Assembly (NCBI RefSeq): GCF_001194135.2 | Contig: NC_068998.1 | Location: 24,282,325-24,346,324, forward strand | Reading direction: 5' to 3' | Source: Octopus bimaculoides | Taxonomy: Eukaryota | DNA length: 64,000 bases | Part shown: positions 25,931 through 39,759 of the stretch, piece by piece | Layout: every line of letters begins with the position of its first letter | Position numbering within the stretch: the stretch's first letter is position 1 | Program-made: the position numbers and the translations under genes | Notes under the pieces: generated by a model | Databases searched by the model: none | Seen by the model: only the letters and a program-made list of their open reading frames with translations | Told to the model about the DNA's origin: nothing

Positions 25931-27119
25931 TATATATATATATATATATATATATAACTTATACCTATATACTGATATATTTATACAGAAAAATAAATAT
26001 ATATATATATATACACACACACATATATACATACGCACACACAAAAATATATAGCTGTAATTTTTCAATACAAGCACTTGAACAAGTCTCTATACGATGC
26101 AAAGCAAACACATTTGTGCACATATATGTAATAAATACACACATGGTGCATCCAAAAGTCAGTTTTGTTGAAATGCGTGGATTTTCTCGAGGCACATATC
26201 ACCAGGCAGCTATTATCTGCTACTGGTGAGCCATCCAAACAATGAAGAGAGTAAATTTCTAGCATACTCATAGTACAGTACTGCTCTGATTCATCTATTG
26301 CATACAAAGTTTACATTTTCTGTTAGTCTGCTTGTCATTCTGCTACACATTTTGTATGTCCATTGGGACAGCATATGGAGTTTATAGCTAATCGGTCTCT
26401 ACATATCAAGCAAAATCATTTCCCAGAAAACAGCAATGTTCTGTCTTATTTGCAATTTACTAAAACCTTAATCTTTGCTATGTTTACCTTAGTAGTTTTA
26501 GGTTTAGCTTCTCTACTTGGAATTTCCTCTCTAATTCCCCATATAATTTCAGTTATGAGAATTAGATCACTAGAATATAGGAGTTCCCATGAACAGTTAG
26601 TCTTAAACACCTCTGTGATGGCCTGTAGAATTATGAAGAATAACAGAGGACAGAAGACTAAATCTTAAAGGACACCTATTTTTTTCCTTTTATATTTTAC
26701 TTTTTCAGTCATTAAACTGCAGACATGCTGGGGCACTGACTTAGAGAATTTTTAGTCAAATTATTGACCTCAAGCCTGTCTCTCTTTAAAGCCTGGTACT
26801 TATTCTACTGGTTTCTTTTGCAGAACTGATAAGTTGCAGGGACATAAACACACCAACACCAGTTATCAAATTGTAGGGGGATGTAAACACAGATACAAGC
26901 ACACACACACATAACTATAAGTATACGTGTCTATTTGATGGGCTTCTTTCATGTTCTATCTGCCAAAACTACTCATGAGGCTTTGGTCAGCCAAGGCTAT
27001 GGTAGAAGATACTTGCTTAAGGTTCCACACAGTGGAACTGAACCTCAAGCCATGTGATTGAGAAGCAAGCTTCTACCACAGTCACATTTGTGCCATGCCA
27101 CCTATCTTTATGCTAAAAA

Positions 27120-27560
27120 TATCATTGAAATTGTTGTCAGCTCTCACTACACAGAATCTTTGTACATAGCTTGTATATCACTCACAAGCTATTCATCTAT
27201 ATCTAGTTTCCTTGAGGACCATCAAATTACTAAACATGTCGCTCTGTCAAACACCTACAAATCAACAAATGCTTGTTTATTCTTAATCAAGTATTTTGCC
27301 TGCAGTTACCTCAGTGGGAAGATTGCATCTGTATTACCACTTGCAGGCACAAAACCAAACTGCATCTCATCTATGACTCTCTTTATGTTCTTCATAACCA
27401 GATACAGTAATTAGATTTCTCTATTGTTACTTCTATCTAAGGCATCCACTTTGCCTTTACAATGAAATTGCTATGCCAGTCCTTGAGTATAACACCTTCC
27501 TTTATAACTAGATTGATGGTACATGTGGTAATCATATATCTTACATCAGCAGATATTTTG
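27120..27560 (-). pseudogene. RTE-clade RT fragment
   Basis: Minus strand: VIKEGVILKDW...KGKVDALDRSNNREI...IDEMQFGFVPASGNTDAIFPLR*LQAKYL...AFVDL...FDR. Confidence 0.85.
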
Positions 27561-27603
27561 AGCATCTCAGCAACTATTGTTTAAGGATCAACAGATCATG
27601 AAA

Positions 27604-28053
27604 ATTACACATTTTTACCATAAGAGAGAAATTTTTCTCCATGGTAACTGAAGTGAATTTACCTTTAGCAGCTGAATTATGTCACAAACATATTTTAACT
27701 AACCTAAAGTTCGTTTATGCCTAAGAACTGCTTGGTGCTGATATTACAGTGTTTATCATGACCGTGGAGGTCTAGTGGTGCAAATTAGTCAATGTTCTTG
27801 ACTGTATTTTAGTTAAAGCCATGGCTTTGACTAGGTCTTCCCAGAGTTGCCTCACTTTGATATTTCCCATTGATAATGACTAAAGAGCTAGAAACATTGA
27901 TGTCTGAGAGTCCGACAGGAGGCAGCAATAGTAAGATGTAGTATTTTTACAACTTTTTAACATAAGAGAGAATTTGTTTCTCCACAATAAGTGCAGTGAA
28001 ATTGCCTATAGCAGTTGAAATATATTACAACATATTTTAAATAACTTAAAGTT
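27604..28053 (+). repeat. Two ~108-bp degenerate direct repeats (27604-27711 and 27946-28053)
   Basis: Both contain CATAAGAGAGAA...TTTCTCCA...AGTGAA...AGCAG(C/T)TGAA...ACATATTTTAA...TAAAGTT. Confidence 0.8.
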
Positions 28054-29199
28054 TGTGTGTGTGTGTGTGTGTTGTGCTTGTGTTTGTCCCCTACAACTAT
28101 TTAACAACCAATGTTCTTTCGTTTACACCCCCATAACAGCAGTTTGTCAAAAGTGACAAATAGAATAAATACCAGGTTTTTAAAAAATTAGTACTCAGGC
28201 TGATTTGTTTGCCTAAAACTCTTCAGGGCTACCACAGCATGGCCCCAGGCAAGACAGAAACAAATAAAAGGATATATATATATATATATATATATAGAAG
28301 AATCATATTAACTCATGAGACATTGGTTAGCTAGAGCCTACAGCAGAAGACTCTTGCCTAAAGTGCCACACAGTGGGATTGAACCTGAAACCTATGTGGT
28401 TGCAAAGTAAGCGTGTTTACCACACACCTATGCCAGTGCCTATTGTACCATAAAGCCAAGTTTAAATAAAAATAAAGAAAACAAAGTTGAGAAATGAACG
28501 ACCATCATCATCAAATGTCCATTTTCCATGCTACCATGGGTTAGATATGGTTTGACCAGCTGCACTAGTCTTCAGTCTGTTTTGACTTGGTTTCTATGGC
28601 TTGATGCCCTTTCTAATACCAACCACTCCACAGAGTGTACTGAGTGCCTTTTACATGCCACCAGCACAGGTGCCATTCATGCATCACTGGTACAGTCATG
28701 CACCATAGTATTTGTTTCTCTGTTTGGAGAGATCAAATCTCACAGAGTATTATGGTATTTGCATACTCTGGGAGCAATAACATGATATCAGAAATGAAGT
28801 ACTACAGTTGATTAAGTCAATTTCTCATCTTCAATAAAATCATCTGCAAGGTCAAGCCAATAAAACAGCCTCACCTAACAAAAATAACAGCCAATTTCTC
28901 ATTAAACTTTATCTTTGAAAAATATATATATAAAGAAGGATAAAGTAGTTGAACGGCATATCCTGTTTGTTTTAAAGATGAAATGGTAATTGCTGAATCA
29001 CTAGGTGTAGTGTGTTTAGATATATCTAAGGTCCATCAACAAAAAAATAAAACAACACAAGTAGGAGAGGAAGGGGCAGAATGCTATACTAGAATATTTA
29101 CTTCTACAATTAATTTAGTCTGCTTCACACATCTTCAGCCTACAGACAACAGAAGATTGCATACTTGTTTTCTACGAAGCTAGCAGAAAGCAGAGCAAC

Positions 29200-29600
29200 C
29201 ATAGCTAATGTAAATCCAGCAACTTAATTGACACTTCGGATTGAAACCTGAACTGTAGTGACAAGAAAGAGTTCACATTTAGTGTTCTGTATGCTACACC
29301 TCCATACTCCAACATATTACTCTTACAACAAGGGGTGACCAATAAAGACCTCTATAGAGACTTTCCCCTGATATCAAAGGGGGTCAGAGCCAGGAGACTC
29401 CATTTTGCTGGGCACTGCTACTAAGCCAGGGACAAATGCATTAGGGATCTATTACTCTAGGAACTAATGCACAGCCATACAGCCATAGGACCAGTGGATT
29501 CAACTAACTACAGCATGTGTTGGTGGACTAATGATTGGTAGCAGCTCCTCAGTTCATTAGTTGAAGTCAGCAATGGAAGACAGGTACTATTGGAAGAACG
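29200..29600 (+). pseudogene. RTE-type LINE C-terminal relic (different family)
   Basis: YRDFPLISKGVRARRLHFAGHCY matches the R-R-R-L-x-F-A-G-H-C pattern. Confidence 0.65.
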
Positions 29601-29972
29601 TCTGTGCAAATTATAGTAACTCAATCTAAAGAAAGGAACACTGCTAGTTTTCCTGCCAATATCATCAATCATCATATTTTGCGTTGTAAACTTTGTGCTC
29701 TGAGATCATCCCTACTCAATAAGAACACAAATATTTTTGAGTTCTATACTTTTATTAGTTCACCTAGAAAGCAATACTCCAAAATAATGAGGGGTGAGTC
29801 AGAATTTTAAACTCAGAATGCACAGAACCAGTATAGATATTGCAAAGCATCCCTCTCAACTCTAACAATCCAATGAAGACCTTAGGCTGGTACTTTATTT
29901 ATCAACACAACAAATTTAACCCTAATGGGATTTGAACTTGGTGTTCAGTCAACCACTGTAAATACCTACAGG

Positions 29973-30247
29973 CATGGGCCCGGGAACAGGGGGTGCAGGT
30001 GGTGCAAGTGCACCCCCTAGAATTTTTGCGGAGTGCAGAACCAAAATTTGCAGCCCTACTTATTTTACTCAGGTTTACAAAACCGTGAATAAAAAAGTGA
30101 TGTGTAAAAAGTACCTTGACGTTAGGTTCCTTCTCAAAGAACAAATCACAAAAATAAATAACAGAAAAAAAAAAACAAGACCAAATTTGTAAAAAATTTT
30201 GGACCTGGGTTTGCACCCCCTAAGCAAATTTCGTTCCTGAGCCACTG
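29973..30247. mobile_element. 275-bp non-autonomous hAT element (MITE)
   Basis: Perfect 8-bp TSD CCTACAGG at 29965-29972 and 30248-30255; imperfect 15-bp TIRs CATGGGCCCGGGAAC / GTTCCTGAGCCACTG. Confidence 0.85.
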
Positions 30248-31949
30248 CCTACAGGATACCAAATTTGATGCCATAACAACTCTGACAATTCATCACTACT
30301 GAAAAGTTTTAAAGCATACTTTACAGATAATTAAAGAGTCATCCTTGCACATGCATGTGTGCAAGCGCATTCGTGCATACACATACATATGTACACGCAT
30401 GTATGATACATACCTATGGAATGTGCCAGTAGGTATTTAGAAGATCATAGTCCATATGAGGACTTAGTACTCGTATTATGTACAGTACATACATTTATTT
30501 TTTATTATAGCAAACAGCCATATGGAGAGTTCGTTTGTTTCACAAGTTTAGTCAATAGAGTGACCGAATGTGCCATTTACTCTTTTACAGATTATGGGAG
30601 TTTTGCTGAGGATATGCTAGGGTGCCACATTGACATTTATTGGCAAATGACTTCATGTCATTCCTCATGCAGAGGAATTCAGAGTTTATCTGACCCTGGC
30701 ACAAAGCGAAATTAGCCATATAAGATGTGAAACAATAAGTCCAGAATAGCTTTTATGCTTCTGTTTATATATCAAAACTAAAAACCAAAATTACTAAGTA
30801 AATAATGAAAAATTGATTCTTCACAAGAGACAGTTTATTTAGTGGTGTTGCTGTTACTTAGAAATGCTTATTCTTTCTTCAACACCTTTTATTCCCCACA
30901 AAGACATTATATATATATAATTTTATATATATATACATCTGTCATTATAAATGTTCATCTACAACAGTTAATATTTTGCTTCAAGTCTCAGTCTTGGTGA
31001 TTACAAAGGTCATGAAAATGAGAATGCAGCTGTTTTTTGCACCTGTGTTAAACTATTTAAACTATTTCACCATATATCATTGCACCAAAACAAAAACAAA
31101 ACAAAGAAAAGATGTTGAATTTGAAATCAAATAATTATACCATTACACTGGTGAGATAGTAGAGCTTGTCTGTGTTTAGCCAAAGATTTGGCATTTTCTA
31201 TAGTGTTCTTGTTGGTGGTGATGTTCTATATTTTACTACCTGTTCTGAACTGCATCATTAATCAATATATTTAACTCTTTCAGGGCCACTTAAAGATATA
31301 CAAGTTCAATTTGTTGATACACCTTAGCTTTGGAAGATGTAAAAACAGTTATAAATTTTGAGATAGTAATTTTTCACTACTAAGCTGAAATTCTATCATG
31401 AATATAATGTGAAAAGACATTCTACTGAAGTATACAAGACATTGTTTTATTAGTTAGATCTGAAAGAAGTGACTATAGTTGCTAGTTACTGCAGCCTCTA
31501 CAAGACTGGAAAATTGCCATGGTAAATATTCATCTAGAATAGTTACAAGTCAATGGCTGCAGGAAAAACACAGACAGGGAGGGAATGCATGAGGGTCAAT
31601 ATTTTGGGCAAGAGAAACTGTTGGATGAGAGCACAACTGTTAGTGTACTGACTGAGAAGTGAACACTATATGGTTGACCAAAAAAGAATGACTAATAGGT
31701 CTGAAGTGGCTAAGTAGATGGCGAATAAGACCAGTTAGCTAAAATTATCACAGGCCACTTTAGTATCAAAAATGAAGTGATAAAAGTAACAGCACATTTG
31801 TAGATCAGAAGAACAATACATTGATAGAGATCAACAGCAGAAGAGTTTGTTAGAGCTATTTGACGACCTACAAAAGTGCAGTATATTGCCTTTAGTAGAT
31901 AACATAGAATTAGGGAAGTGAGCATTAAGATTGTGTATTAAATATGTAG

Positions 31950-33000
31950 AGAGTATCAACATGAAAATGATACTAAAGATATGAGATCAACATAAGAATA
32001 TTTCATTAAAGATGTGAGATCAACTGTATAGCAGCATACTAAAGAAATGCACTCAATATTAGGTATTACAGTGAAGATGTGGATATCATCAGTATAAGAA
32101 CATTAAATTATCCGAATCAACATTAGTCAATGTGACAATGTGAGATCAACATCATAACAGTACATTAAAGATGTGAAGTTAATATTCTAATATTAATAGA
32201 AGGTGGTGAGCTGGCAGAAACGTTAGCACACAAGGAAAAATGCTTGGCAGCAGTTCATTTGTCTTTACGTTGAGTTCAAATTCTGCTGGGGTCGATGTTA
32301 CCTTTCTTCATTTCAAGGTTGATGAAATAAGTACCAGTTGAACACTGGGGTTGATGTAATCAACTCATCACCTCGCACAAAATTTCTGGCCTTGTGCCAA
32401 AATTTGAAACCAATATTATTATGTTAATTAAGGTGGCGTGCTGGCAGAATCATTAGCACACTGGGAAAAATGTTTAGCAGCATTTCGTCTGTCTTTACAT
32501 TCTGAGTTCAAATTCCACTGAGGTCGACTTTACCTTTCATCCTTTAGGAGTTGATAAAATAATTGATCCCTGGGGTTCATTTAATCAACCTATCCCTCTC
32601 ACGAAACTGCTGGCCTTGTGCTAAAATCTGAAATCGAATTTATAATATTAATAAAGAAGGCGAATAAACATCAATATAGTGCACTGAGGATGTGAGTGTT
32701 AACTTTACAAGATTATATTAAAGATATGGAATCTACATTTGAGTATTATTAAAGAGGTGGACAACATTAGAACATTATTGAAGATATAGAATCAACATGT
32801 GAAGATTAACCCCTTAACATTCAGATTTCCCTGTGAAACGTATTGCTTATTTATTCACATTGTTTTGAATTAATTAGGCACTATCTTGAGGGGTCAACAT
32901 TAAGAATAGTATGTTTAAAATGTTAGTTCAGCATTAGAACAAGATATTAAAGAAATGGACATACATAAAAATGTATAGGTGTCAAAATAAGGATAAAACA
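31950..33000 (+). repeat. Degenerate ~30-bp minisatellite interrupted by two family A SINEs (32205-32635) and a MITE fragment (32808-32890)
   Basis: (ATT/ACT)AAAGAT(G/A)TG(A/G)(G/A)ATCAACAT recurs on both sides of the SINEs. Confidence 0.7.
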
Positions 33001-33179
33001 CTTGAATATAGAAGCTTTTTCAATTTAACCAGCTAGAAATATTGAGTAAATCTCCATTAAATCACACACTATTATTTTAGTAAAGGAAGGATGCACTATA
33101 TATCTATAAGTTCTATCACTGAGAAGTCTGTTATCTTTCTTTCACCAGATTTTATGTAAAGCTTTTCACTAAAGAAAGT

Positions 33180-33400
33180 GTTTTTTTACGATTTAGCCAA
33201 AAATTTACTCAGGAAGCTGAAATTGAAACTGGATAAAATTGTTGGTGAAGCAGCAAATATGAACAGTGTTCATAGAGATTTGACCACAAAAACAAAGGAA
33301 GGTTGTCTGCTTGTAATATATGTTAACTGTAATGGTCAAACTCTTAAATCTTGTTATCCAAGATACAATGACAAACACTGAACAAAACTGAGTCTCAGCA
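33180..33400 (+). pseudogene. hAT transposase relic (ZMYM1/DUF4371-like)
   Basis: LKLDKIVGEAANMNSVHRDLTTKTKE..LLVIYVNCNGQTL then NLVIQDTM resembles hAT D-G-A-A-N-M-S-G...I-Y-V-H-C-x-x-H-x-L-N-L. Confidence 0.55.
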
Positions 33401-36400
33401 ACTTTCTAGGGGCCAGTCCCAGATGGTATGCACTCTGTGAAAGCACCATGATCATCAAAAAACACACCACAGGGTGTAACTAGGTGGTTGTGTAGATATG
33501 AACAGGTAAAAACTAGAGTAGAATAACTGCCTCTTCACTCAACTGAGATCAAATAAACATATGCAGATAGCAATGCAGTGTGATGGATCATTTATCCTGA
33601 AATTAATAGTCATAGACAAACAGAATTAGTGAATACCTCTAGAGAAAGACTGCATAAGTTATATTGCCTCCATCCTCCAAAACAACTATTGATTCCAGAA
33701 ATGGCATAAACTTTGAAAGTGTTTGGAAATGGACTAAAAGGTTCGAGGAAATCATCCCAAGGAACATGATATACAATTCTTATTAAGAAGGAAGTGTTTT
33801 ACAGAAAAAAAAAGCAATTTTTGTCAGTTGCTAGCTCAGGGTAATTCTCAATGGAAATGCCATTACCAAAAGCTGCCATCACATATCTACATATCACAAT
33901 CACTCTGTATAAGGTTAATGCAGAAATGGAGTTATGATTTCATGATAATGATTAAGACATACTTTGCGTTTCATTATATTATCATTAATCTTGATACGAC
34001 AGATGAGTAAAATGACTTCTGTCAATTTACTGTTTTGCATTAAAGCAGAAAGGTAATCTACACAGTGTGTCACTCACCATTTACATTTGTCAGGTACACA
34101 GGCAACTGTAATCGATGTTTCTAAAACCGTTCACAAGAACAATCTTTCTACTACCATTCTTCTACAAAATGATTAGAATCTTTCCTACTATTTCTACTAC
34201 ACCACACTCTGCAAGACCATTTCTTCAGTGGCCTAAGATAAATATAGGCATTACTGAGAAGTGCAATGGGTCAAATGTGACTAAACAGTGTGGCGATATT
34301 AAAAGCTAAGTGGAAGTGTGCCAATATGTCTATTGCCAAAAATGTTGATAATTTTGCTGCTAAAGAAAGCAGAAAATTATTTTTCAGAGTGAAAATTGTG
34401 TGATTTTGAGCTAACTCTTTCTCATCAAACATACAAAGACTTACAAATACGTATTATGCATTTATCTTCTTATTTTTATTGTGTCTGGGGAGAGTAATTT
34501 TCTTATTGTGCCTTAAAATTTAACACACTCACCGATAAAATTTCCACTTATTTTTCATTTTATTTTCTTAAAATTTTCGTTGCATCTTGCAACCTTATCA
34601 AAAGTCTTAACTGCCCCTTCTTATTTTTAGCTTTCATCTTTTGTTTGTTTTAGTCATTAGAATGTAGCTGGGGCTCTGTCTTGGAGGGTTTTAGCCAAAC
34701 AAATTGATTCCAGTACTAAAGTTTTAGTTATGGGAGATTTAAACAAACCAAGACCAGTTTTCACCTAACAGCTAAGAAAAACACAAACATAAAATATACA
34801 TATATATATGCACACACATATGTACATATAAATACACATATACATAAATACGTGTGTATATATATATATATATATATATAGGAAAATAAAAAATAATAAT
34901 AAGGCAGAATGCTAAACTGAAAGCATATTTTAATATAGATGTGTATAAGGAGGATTACAAAGGATTTCAAAAGGATTTCTAACCAGCTTTCATTGCATGC
35001 CAAATTTTCAAGAAGAGGGAGAATGAAAATGTTTTTTGCAAAAAAAAAAAAAAAAAAACATATAAAAAAAATAATATATAAAAAAATAAATATACCAATA
35101 CATTATATTGTCTTTGAGCTTTTAAAGTTCAATGGTACTCCATGTAGATAATTATTAGAAAGAGTAGGATGCATGGAATTAAAAGTTGTGTTTACAAGAG
35201 AGGGGATAAAAGTTTATGTGTTAAGTAGGAAGTGTGGTGTCAAAATAGGAAGTGTGTGTAAGGGAAGACAATTCTGTGGGTTTTAAACTCTTTAGTTGGA
35301 GTTCTGGACTCTTTGTCAACAGGAAGTTTACGTCTATTCTTAGAGAAATAAACTGTGATTTCAAACCAATGGATCAATATATGCAGCTAATTTTTAGCTG
35401 TATACACATAATTTTTAGTTGTATACACATAATCATTGGAGTGTTGGACAAAATGCCTGGTAGTATTTTTTCTGACTCTTTACACAAGTGTTTCCCCACC
35501 TATTTTCTCTTAGGCCACACTATAACTTTCCAGAAAAATGTATGCCTCACCGGTGGTCAGAAAAAAACAACCTTATTTTTAATATTGTATCACAATTATT
35601 TAATACAAAAGAATCTACTGGTAATTCTTTTAAGTACTGAGTACGAAAAGAAGTACCTTTTTGACTTACAAAGAAAAAGTGAATCAGTTTAATGAGTACC
35701 TTGTGCTTGGTGAGTACATCACTACATCCCACCACAATTTTTTCAGGCCCAAGTAGTGGGGCATATACTCAATGTTGGAAATCATTGCTTTACATGCTGA
35801 GATCAAATCCTGCTGATTGATCATTGTCTTTTATTCTTTCCATTTTGATAAAATAACATACTAGTCAAGAGTTGTGGATTGAGCAATGGACTAAATACCT
35901 TACATTACTTGATTCAGTTTTTTTCATTAGAAGGCCTCCTGTGATCATACTGGTTCCACTTTAAATCAGCCCTTGCCTTTCTCTCAGGCATTATCAGTAG
36001 TTTAGGGGAGAGGCACATGGCTTAGTGGTTAGGATATTCAGCTCACAATTATAAGGTCATCAGTTCAATACCCAGCAGCGCATTGTGTTCTTGAGAAAGA
36101 CACTTCATTTCACAGTTCTCCAGGACACTCAGCTGGCAAAAATTAATAGTATCTATATTTCAAAGGGCCAACCTGATCATATCCTGTGTCATGCTAACTC
36201 TCCCTGAGAACTAAATGAAGAGTATACTTGCCTGTGGAGCACTCAGTGACTTGCTCATTAATTTCATGAGCAAGCTATTCTGTTGATCAGATCAACTGAA
36301 ACCCTCATCATTGTAGTCGATGGAGTGCCGGTTAGGGAAGTGGAACTTGCTACATAATAGATAATTTGTTGGTCTTCCATAGAAAATGTCATTCAAGCCT

Positions 36401-39174
36401 ATGTTGTGAAGAGGAATTTCCATGTGCAGCTACTTAGTCAACTCTGACTGATGGAGGTCTTAAGGTCAATATTAGCATAACATATTCAAATTGAAGGTCA
36501 CCATTAGGACACAATATGAGTGCAAGAAGAAAATGTAAAAATCGGTCAGCTCAAGCTACGAAAGGTCAACATTGAGAGACTTTATTGGTGTTTGGAGACT
36601 ACCATTATGTTAGTTCAGTGTAGCAGCTAAGATTTCACATAAGGATATTGCTTTACCACTGAATTATCAATAATCTGTGTCAAATGAGAGAACAAAACTA
36701 TTTGGGAATATTCCAAAGAAATGTTATTATAACAATTTGTAATAGAGTTGTTTTTATCATAATCATCATTACTTTTATTTTTACTATTATTATTATTATT
36801 ATTATCTTTATTTTTACTATTATCATTATTATTATTATTTTACTAGCTATTGTTATTATCATCATCATTTTTACTATTATTATTATTACTACTATTTTTA
36901 CTGTAATTATTATTATTTTTAATATTATTATTATGATTATTATCATTATTATTTTCTTTCTATAAAAATACATTGAACATAAAAATACAAGCAAAAATGT
37001 CATTTTCTCTTCAGAATTGATACATACATACATACATACATACACACATATATATATATATATTATACGCTATGTCTAGCTTCGTTTATGGAGACTGTCC
37101 AAACACTGCTGTATTTGTGGTTATATAGTAGAAATATTTGGATTATTTATGTGAAATATATTGGTATGGTCTATGAATAAGTCAGTATCTTTGAAATACA
37201 AAAGCAAAACCTAATAGTATTTGGATGATGTCCATAAATTCCATCAAGTTGAATAATGTTCTCAAGACTACCCTTAGGCCCTTAGATATTTTGCTATCAT
37301 TATCTTAGTTATTGCTACTTATCCAATCACCTAGGGAAAAATAACTCTTCTGTCATTTACAGTGAGTCTTTCTCACACAGTGATATTCAAGTTTCCAGAG
37401 GTATGTAGCAGTGACTTTGTTCCTGAAGTGATATATTTTCTTCCTCAATTTATAAAAATGCCCTTCAGTTTTCTTCACAACTATTGGTTGCAGAGAATCT
37501 AAAAAACAGCAGTTCCTTTATTGAACACTGAGTAGTAGAAAAGTCTTGAGCCAGTTATTGTTGGAGTCCTGTATAATTGGTTGATATTATTATGGTTTTG
37601 AAGGTGGCAAGCTGCCAGAATCATTAGTACACTGAATGAAATGCTTAATGATATTTTGTATGTCTTCACATTCTGAGTTCCAATTCTGCTCAGGTCAAAT
37701 TTGCCTTTCATCCTTTCGGAATCAATAAGATAAATACCAGCTGACTACTGAAGGCAATGTAATTAACTTACAACTTCACCTGAAATTGCTAGCCTTGTGC
37801 CAAAATTTCAAATTATTATTATTGTAGCTGTAGTCTAACCCCAGGTCAACTCTGATCGAATAAATTTAGGACAGAGACCATGAGTATCCCATTTTTTGTT
37901 AAGATAAGCAGAGTGTGTAATTTAAAAGAGATTTAGACTGCTATTTCTTGTAGGTCATGAGACTACACAACGGTTCAAAATACACTGCAGCATATCACTG
38001 GTACTTCTTTTATTAGCCCCAGAATGATGAAAGACAATGCCTGTCCAAACCAAATCTAAACTCGTGACATATTGGTATGAAACAAAATACTATAAACTCA
38101 TTTATGGTATAGTCCAATCCATGCCAGCATGGAAAATAGACACTAAATGGTGGTGGTGGTGGTGGTAGCGGCAGTGGCAGTGGTGGTCTGACACTGTTAT
38201 CCTTCTGTGCACTCTTCACAATATTGCAACAGCTTAATACGGTTCATTGTATCAGTTCTGGTATATATACATTAATCTGTTTACTTCTTGCTTCTCTTTT
38301 TTTCTTTCTTTCTTTCTTTATTTCTTTATTTACTTATTTATTTATGTGATTTTCTGGCAGGTAGAAAATCTATTCATGGATTGCAAAGCTTATTTGGGTT
38401 TGCCAAATCCAGTGTTAGCCAAGTATTTTAGAATGACCTGGGTTGATCTTCATGGCAACTATATTGCTATATGCATGAACTTCCATACAAAAAGCTCATA
38501 TGTATAGAGCTTCATGTATCAAGCTCTATGGTTAAAGCATCATACATGCAGTAGAAATATCACCACAGCCAAAATAAAAAAAAAAGATTAAATAAATAAA
38601 CAAATAAGACACCAGAATCATGACCACAGCCACTGGAGTAACCTTTACATGTTTAATCAACCAGCTGGAATTGGGTTTTTTCCTCATCTCCAAATTACAT
38701 TCTATCATGTTGACCAAATGGAAGATGACACTGGATAATGTAGCCTTGTGATAATGTAGCCTTTGGTCATGAATGACCATGGGATTGCATCTAGACAGTT
38801 CCCTTCTGAGGCACAAGCCCAGGCATGGTTGTTTATGGAAAACCAGCAGTTGTCCTTGCATACTAGCCTCTCCTCTCCATGCCACCAACGTCATCCTAGG
38901 AAAAAGCAAAGCCTAACACAGCTTGGCTCCAGTGACATCGCAATTAATTTCTACAGCTGAAGGAACTGGAGAACGTGAAATAAAATGTGTTATTCAAGAA
39001 CCTAACACACAGCTTGGTCTAAAAATCAAACTCACTACCACATGATTGTGAGCCTGACATTCTAACACTGAGCTATGTACCTTCACTAATGTAGCCTTAG
39101 ATAAACTACAAATAAAGATGATCCAGGTACAAGTGATCTTTTTTAACACAGGTCTGCTCAACCAGATTCTTCAT

Positions 39175-39410
39175 GGCGACGAGCTGGTAGAATCGTTAGC
39201 ACGCCAGGCGAAATGCTTCGTGGTATTTTGTCTGCTGCTACGTTCTTAGTTCAAATTCCACCGAGGTCAACTTTGCCTTTCATCCTTTCGGGGTCGATAA
39301 ATTAAGTACCAGTTATGCACTTGGGTCCATGTAATCGACTTAATACCTTTGTCTGTCTTTGTTTGTCCCCTCTATGTTTAGCTCCTTGTGGGCAATAAAG
39401 AAATAAGATT
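39175..39410 (+). mobile_element. Young full-length family A SINE
   Basis: GGCGACGAGCTGGTAGAATCGTTAGCACGCCAGGCGAAATG...; same tail variant as the copy at 17768. Confidence 0.9.
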
Positions 39411-39759
39411 CTTCATGGGTCTGGACAATGATACTACTTCTGAGCAATATGATAGTTTCAGTAGCATTGCAGTTTTTCTATGAGAAGAGATTGCTAGACC
39501 TTTCATCGACCTTTTAACATTCTTAAAGAAAGGGTCAGTGCCAAAGCTTTCTACTTATCTCTTCTCAGTATGCAATATAACTGATTCCAAGAGAGACAGG
39601 AAGAAGAATCGTTCCCAATAATTCTAATTTGTTTATTAAGTTAGCCTTAACAGGATTTGAACTCAGAGTACAGACAGTTGGAGTAAATACCATAAAGTGT
39701 CCTGTTTGATGCTCTAGTAATCCTGCCAATTCATCACTCACAGCAATATTCAATATTGA

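Noticed and set aside
25523-26077. ORFs of 144 and 182 aa
   Set aside because: Artefacts of reading through the N gap
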